A program made the translations under genes and the position numbers. A stretch of 60,721 bases of DNA from Bigelowiella natans CCMP2755 (lineage: Eukaryota; Protista; Cercozoa): positions 1 to 60,721 of the forward strand of contig ADNK01003181.1 of assembly GCA_000320545.1 (NCBI GenBank), read 5' to 3'. Below the pieces are notes generated by a model, which was not told the origin of the DNA, did no database searches, and was given only the letters and a program-made list of their open reading frames with translations. Every line of letters starts with the position of its first letter. The first letter of the stretch is position 1. Positions 54,722-60,721 of this stretch are shown in pieces.

Positions 54722-56087
54722 TTAGGGCTTCAGCGTGTATACATCAAGGCTTAGCAATTCTACGTCCGCATCTCCTTGGTTCACAACCTACATATGCACA
54801 AAAAAATCAAATACAGGAATTACTACCAACCCCTCCTGCTACGCCGTATCCCCATCCGAATGTTACTTCATTGAAATATTTCTCAATAAATCATTCTACT
54901 AGTAGGTGCTGCAATCACAATCGACAAAGTCATCGTGGTCGTCATCACCTTCACTTTCATGTCGTCAATGTGCTCTGGGTTCGGCGCGCAGTAAGCTTCG
55001 GTCATTGCACTCCGCCCCCCTTGTACAAACACCTCGATGATGCTCCTGTAAAGCGTGCCATTCACATTCCGTTAGAGAAATTATTGCGGCCACTCATTGA
55101 ATATGCCTATACTCGTTCACCTTCTACTTGGATAAGAATGGTGATAATAATAAATAATAATAGTAATAATAATAACAGGTTACTATACCTATCGACGAGA
55201 ATGCGGAGGGTGACGACCCCTGCATCTGATTCGTACATCTCAAATGCCTCTCCCATCAAAGTAGGAAACGATGGTTGCGCCGTCGATGCTGCGTTAATGG
55301 TATCATTTACACGATGGTGCACGATGTATGAGGTCACAGGAGAACACATTGCACAGTGTCATTTTTTTAATGTATAATCATCATCATCTTTACTATCATC
55401 ATCTTCATCATCATTCATCGATACCAATGGAGACTGCTTTGTTATCCCCAGTTGTGGTATCAAAGAAAAGTTGGAAATCGAGAGCAAGGCCCTTGGTCAT
55501 TCGAAAGCTGAATGGCGATTATAGCAGTAAAATCAATGATGCTCGCCGTCAGATTATATACATATTATATCTATATATATTTTATAGACGTAAGAAGAAC
55601 AAGGGCATTCGTGATCTTTTTACATGCATAAAACCCAAAGCACATCGGCCTGGTGATGACGAAAACCAATATCGCAAATAAATGTTACAGGGCTAGTAGC
55701 ACCTTGCAAGAATATCGAGCTGCGCGCCAACGTTATCAGGAGATGTGATTGATGCTGTCTTGCCCCCCCGGCTGTTAAGTGTAGTATTTTCAATGGTCCA
55801 CACTGGAGTAGAAGGCGATCGAAGAGTTTGCAGCTCCTCTATTGGATATGTGCTGAAAACAAGAGAGAACAAAGAGGGAGGGGGGGAGAGATCGATCAGC
55901 AGGACAAAGAAGTTCAACGATATACATGCAATAATGCGATTTAATTATTGTTTCATTTCTTGATTCATTACATGATGCTATTATCCTTTGCCGGATTAGG
56001 AAGGACAATCCGAGGAAACGACTGCACACCAGCCCTGTGTATATATATTAACAAATACAAAACATACCACAGTATATTATTACAACT

Positions 56088-56118
<31 letters not shown>

Positions 56119-58031
56119 TATTCATTTACAATTTATGATTCCCTCCAATGAATATGCAGTAGCATCAGCATCCCCATCAGTATCGACAGCAAACAGATGA
56201 AATCACTTCTCTACTCTTACCAGTCGGTGTCGTTGCAGTGATAATTGACCCATGCAAAAAGAACCTGCCTGTTTTTCACTGGATCGAAGAATCGCTTTGA
56301 AGCATAGAATGTGCCCATATCATATCTGAGCGCAAGAAAAGAAGAAGAAGAAGGTACATCAAGGAGGAGACGGAAAACGTGTAAACAATAATAATAACAA
56401 TAATAATAATTATTATCATTATAATAATGAGAGATTCTTTCTGTCCTTTTTGCCCATATGTACCGGAGCCATATCCAGTTTAATTAGTTACAATCATTAA
56501 ATATTTTGACATTTCTCACTTCATTTCGCTGGCACTTCCTATCTACAGGTAGGGGTGTGTCTTCTTTCCTTTTTATTTCCCATTGTTACTAAATTACCTT
56601 TGGTTGTTGAAAAGCACATCAGCGGACGTATTCACGAATTTGTCTAACGCATTAAGGCCTGGCACTTCCTTGTACTCTCCAACCAACCACCATTCTTGCC
56701 CTTGAATCGAACCCTTGAAAACCACATTATTGGAGAAATCTTTAAGGACGGATTATGACCTCAAACAACCCATAATTCTCCAAAGCAGCGATGACCATGA
56801 TCGTTGCCCCTCCCCCTCCCCCTTCCCGCCGCCGCATACACCACCTTGTACACGTAGGTCTCAGTGCCTGGTAGCTTGTAAAAATCAGGGCACCTAGAAG
56901 AATATAACAGTACTCGATAAGGATAATAATTGGTGGGTGATAATGATGGCGAGTGGATGCTATTATGCTCTTTACTCCTGAAATCCTGCATCGGTTGGCC
57001 ACATGATTCCAGTGTACGTCCAGTTTACAAAGTTCTCGGATTTGAATAAGCAAGTTCCCTCGTCGCAGTTGACAATCTTAAAATGAAGGTAATTATCAGT
57101 AGGAAGGCTGGAGCGACACTGTGTAAGATGATAGCATCGTACGAGGCGTAAAAGCAAACGAAACTACCATTCGGTACAAGCCATCTTCTTCGCCCCTCCA
57201 CGCCTCAGTTGGATCACGAAAGTTCTGTGTGGTGTTAGGCCTGTGAATGACAGGGTTGGAGTCGGGCTTTACCCACTCCTTCAAATCTGGGTCATTCGGG
57301 TCCTTTGGAACAGCAATCGCAATACTCTGGTATTGAAAAGCAGTTGGTGTGTTAAACATCATTGTTGTCGTGATAATAATGTCTAAGTGACTGACCTCCC
57401 CGCATTGGACTGAATATGTGAGCACCGGGGAACCCTCAACTATCGTAGCGCTGCCACTGAAAATTCCACCACAGTCGTAATCCTTGAGGAAAAACAACAT
57501 GCGCTCATCACATCACGAGATTTACATCATAACAAATTTCTGCCATCCGAATTCGTTGTCCTATGGAAGATGGTTCGCTTTAGAACCTTATCTGGTGCTA
57601 AGGCTACTGGAAGATGGTCCCAATGTAGTAAGTCCTGCGCATATCCATGCATCAGAATAATACTAATGCAGAATCTTGGAAGAAATGTAAATTGGAATTT
57701 TATGCTCGAGATGTTTTTAAAAATGTACATAGATGTAACCCACCTTTGATTTCATATGGTACCAGTGCATATCTCCCCACACATATCCGTCAGGATTATA
57801 TTGAAAAAATAGATGATATGTGCCATTGATGAACATTGGCCCGTTGGGGTCGTTGCACCAGTTCTTGAGAGGCTGTCGATTGAAATACATATACTTGTTA
57901 AGGTAATGAATTTTTGATAATTCCTCTCTTTTCTTCGAAACATAAGCTATCACCTGTGCATGGAATGCTGTGTAGTAGGGGTCAAATGCTTGTGCGGCTA
58001 GGGCGAGAAAGAGGAGGGGGAGTATCATCAT
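54722..58031 (-). CDS. Secreted glycoside hydrolase family 32 (invertase/inulinase/levanase-like)
   Basis: Signal peptide [15 protein letters not shown]. Catalytic motifs WCNDPNG, FSGSA, FRDP, MWECPDF; C-terminal [18 protein letters not shown]. Confidence 0.95.
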
Positions 58032-58275
58032 GTTGAAATGATAATGACAAATATGTTGTCGCCATGGATGGACAACGCGAGGAGAAAACTACTCTACGAC
58101 ATACGATATTTGTTGCCGTACAATGGAATCATAGTTAATTTAAGTTGCTGCGCCATGACATGGATAGAGAATAATGTGAAGTTTTGGCTTGTGCGACAGG
58201 AGAATTACTAACGATATTCAGTATATTTGCAGTTATACGTAATTTCATTCTCTCATACGATATGTATCATTTGCT

Positions 58276-58348
58276 GGTTAGTTAGCTCAGTCGGTAGAGC
58301 ATTCGGCTGTTAACCGAAAGGTCAAGGGTTCGACCCCCTTACTGACCG
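58276..58348 (+). tRNA. tRNA-Asn (GTT)
   Basis: GGTTAGT/ACTGACC acceptor stem, TAGCTCAGTCGGTAGAGC D-arm, anticodon loop CTGTTAA, GGTTCGA T-arm, downstream T-run. Confidence 0.95.
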
Positions 58349-58710
58349 CACCTTTTTCTTCTAAATCGCCTCGATTTAATTTTTTTTCTCTGTGGTGATC
58401 ATGATCAAACAACTCTTCTTTCTTTGCTTTTTTTTTGTGCGGAGGAATAACACAAAAAACGGACCAGGAGCATCGTTAAAACACAAATAAAGTTGCGATT
58501 GCGAATGATAAATCATTAGGGTTTTAGTTGTACGACAAACATAATTTGTTGCCGTATTGTAATTTTGGAAGTGTTTTCTTTTCTTCTTTTAAGAAGTAGC
58601 TCTCTCCCACCTCCTACAAACCAGAAAGCCGTGTAAAGAAGACACCGTCGAGCGGCCAGCTAGTCAACAAACTCATCCCTCGTCACTCATAAAGAAGAAA
58701 ATCCTTCGCT

Positions 58711-58967
58711 ATGAGCATCAATCCTATTGAAGAGGTGAACTGACGAACGGGGGGTGTATGATTTTGTGCGTCCTTTTACTTTTATGTTCCAAAACTCCTC
58801 ACACGATTTGAAGAATTTCGCCTGCACCATGATTTGTCTTCTCAGTGGAAACTCGATTTCGAGTATGTGAAAAAGTGCACTGATAAGATAGAATTGCGCA
58901 AGATTGTGAAAAAGCTCAGGGCTGAGGTAATAAAATCAGATAACCCAGGCAAAACAGAGACAACACA

Positions 58968-59004
<37 letters not shown>

Positions 59005-59134
59005 CAAAAGAACACGCTAGCACCACACGGCACTCACACCAACTTACACGTCCGCATCAACACGTTCGAACGCAACCGAAGATGTTTCTCTCTCGCCAAT
59101 ATCCCACTTGTTGACACACACAAACACAAACACA

Positions 59135-59171
<37 letters not shown>

Positions 59172-59307
59172 CAAAAGAACACGCTAGCACCACACGGCAC
59201 TCACACCAACTTACACGTCCGCATCAACACGTTCGAACGCAACCGAAGATGTTTCTCTCTCGCCAATATCCCACTTGTTGACACACACAAACACACAAAC
59301 GCACACA

Positions 59308-59344
<37 letters not shown>

Positions 59345-60721
59345 GCGCGCGTGCACATATAAATACGCTAGCACTACACGGCACTCACGCCAACCTACAT
59401 AACCACCTACAACTCCACACTAATACAATCCAATCGCACAACAGACTATACACTAGACCAGGTGTACAAAAACATATAGCTATGTTGAGACTCAGCAAAA
59501 CGTATTTCGTCGTCATTCTGATCGCTATAATCAGCCTTTTTACCCGGAACTGACCAAAGCGGCAGAAGAGAGGTTGGCAGCCGTGGACCCGAAGAGGTAA
59601 TTCTCTATAGGTGTGAAAAAGTCGCTCTCCATCACCATCAAAGCATAAACTAATATTACTATGATACGCGAATGGTAGTGTAAGAGTGACATCTATCTGT
59701 GTAGCAATGATCATCGTCGTCACCATCATCATTTGTGATATTGTTGCTCAATCTGCTAAAATTCGTTATAATCATTTCTCGTATTATCAATTACTTCCGT
59801 CTGTATAAAACAGCAAACTTTTAGCCAAACCTGTCGAGGCTTCTGAGGAAGAGAAACAAAAAGCAATCGGTAGTAGAAACGCAATATAATTATATCGTCC
59901 TTCTGAGAACTGAGAATATGCCGTGACGATTGTAAACCTATCGATGGATCGATGGTTATACCTCAAGAGTATGATGGTGATGATGATGGTGATGATGATA
60001 GTTGCGTTTGGAGATAGAATACAACGCACATTCCCCCCTTTGTCCACCACTTGGGATGGCGATAACAATGATGCTGACGATGATGATGATGATGATGATG
60101 GTTTTAGGGGAGCTTGATGCATGGATCTTTCAACAGCAACAGAAGGTAATTGATTGCATGGCACGTAACAAAACTCCGTAGTTCTATCTCCACAAAGGAT
60201 ATGCGGAGAGTAGGAGGCAGCTGCACACCATAGCAAGCAACTAAACATCAAAGAATCGATCGAGGAAGCAAGGATAACACATGACTACTAATGATTAGGA
60301 TGAGCGCATTACCAAGCGGGCAAAGGCAAACCAGGCGTATGTTCCCTCCTCTATTCCTCCTGTGCGAGGTTCTAAGGAGTATCAGGAGTATAAGAGCAGC
60401 GGCAAGAAGAAGAAAATCCGCACGACAGCAGTGTCATCATCATCATCATCGTCCTCTTCCAAAGAGATCTGGGATGATAAAGAAACTACTGCCGATGATA
60501 ACACCGCATGGGCGTCATCGTCCTCGTCAACCAAAAATGAAAAGCGGTCCTTGGAGGAGCGGGAGTTCATGGCTCAGAACTTTAGAATCAGAGGAAACGA
60601 AGAATTCAAGAGGAAGGTAATGCTACATTGTCCGTAAAATTGATACATCTACCACATTCGAGTTTATGAACAACCTGATTTACCCCCCCCCCCCCACCTC
60701 GTCCTCTCTCTCTCTCTCTCT
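58711..60721 (+). CDS. SPAG1: SPAG1-like TPR co-chaperone (dynein arm assembly factor), truncated by the window end
   Basis: LDFEYVKKCTDKIELRKIVKKLR and YPELTKAAEERL resemble the SPAG1 N-terminus. First TPR begins AQNFRIRGNEEFKRK. Confidence 0.75.
58960..59400. repeat. Tandem ~167-bp intronic duplication, (CA)n plus unique core; two full copies and one diverged partial copy
   Basis: Core AACACGCTAG...CTTGTTGACAC at 59011 and 59178; diverged partial core at 59362. Confidence 0.9.

Noticed and set aside
28466-58348. Functional clustering of tRNA-modification genes (TGT, RluA) with tRNA-Asn
   Set aside because: They are about 25-30 kb apart with unrelated genes between; chance in a compact genome is sufficient.
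58960-59400. CRISPR-like array or transposon
   Set aside because: The unique cores are repeated rather than distinct spacers, and no cas, transposase, reverse transcriptase or terminal repeats were recognised in the window.

Overview
Gene-dense, intron-rich eukaryotic nuclear DNA. Bipartite plastid-targeting leaders and short microsatellite-filled GT-AG introns suggest an alga with a secondary plastid, chlorarachniophyte-like (inference). Hand-spliced genes in order: kinase-ricin-lectin (-), RluA pseudouridine synthase (+), LIS1 (-), NADAR (-), Poa1/TARG1/DarG-like macrodomain (+), ammonium transporter (-), tRNA-Gly, hypothetical (+), Gfo/Idh/MocA oxidoreductase (-), intronless TGT (+), thioredoxin (-), class I HDAC (+), PAP/fibrillin (-), hypothetical (+), hypothetical (-), START-domain (+), NDUFB8-like (-), METTL9 (+), GH32 (-), tRNA-Asn, partial SPAG1-like (+). 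Two signals stand out. (1) Sharply bounded 0.7-1 kb islands almost lack TpA except inside CTAG, and CTAG is enriched in tail-to-tail spacers; this looks like a local TpA->CpA/TpG mutational process, the reverse of fungal RIP. (2) A NADAR gene and a macrodomain gene, the two known classes of DNA ADP-ribosylation eraser, sit head-to-head with candidate ATGs only 8 bp apart. Exon boundaries and counts were made by eye and are approximate.
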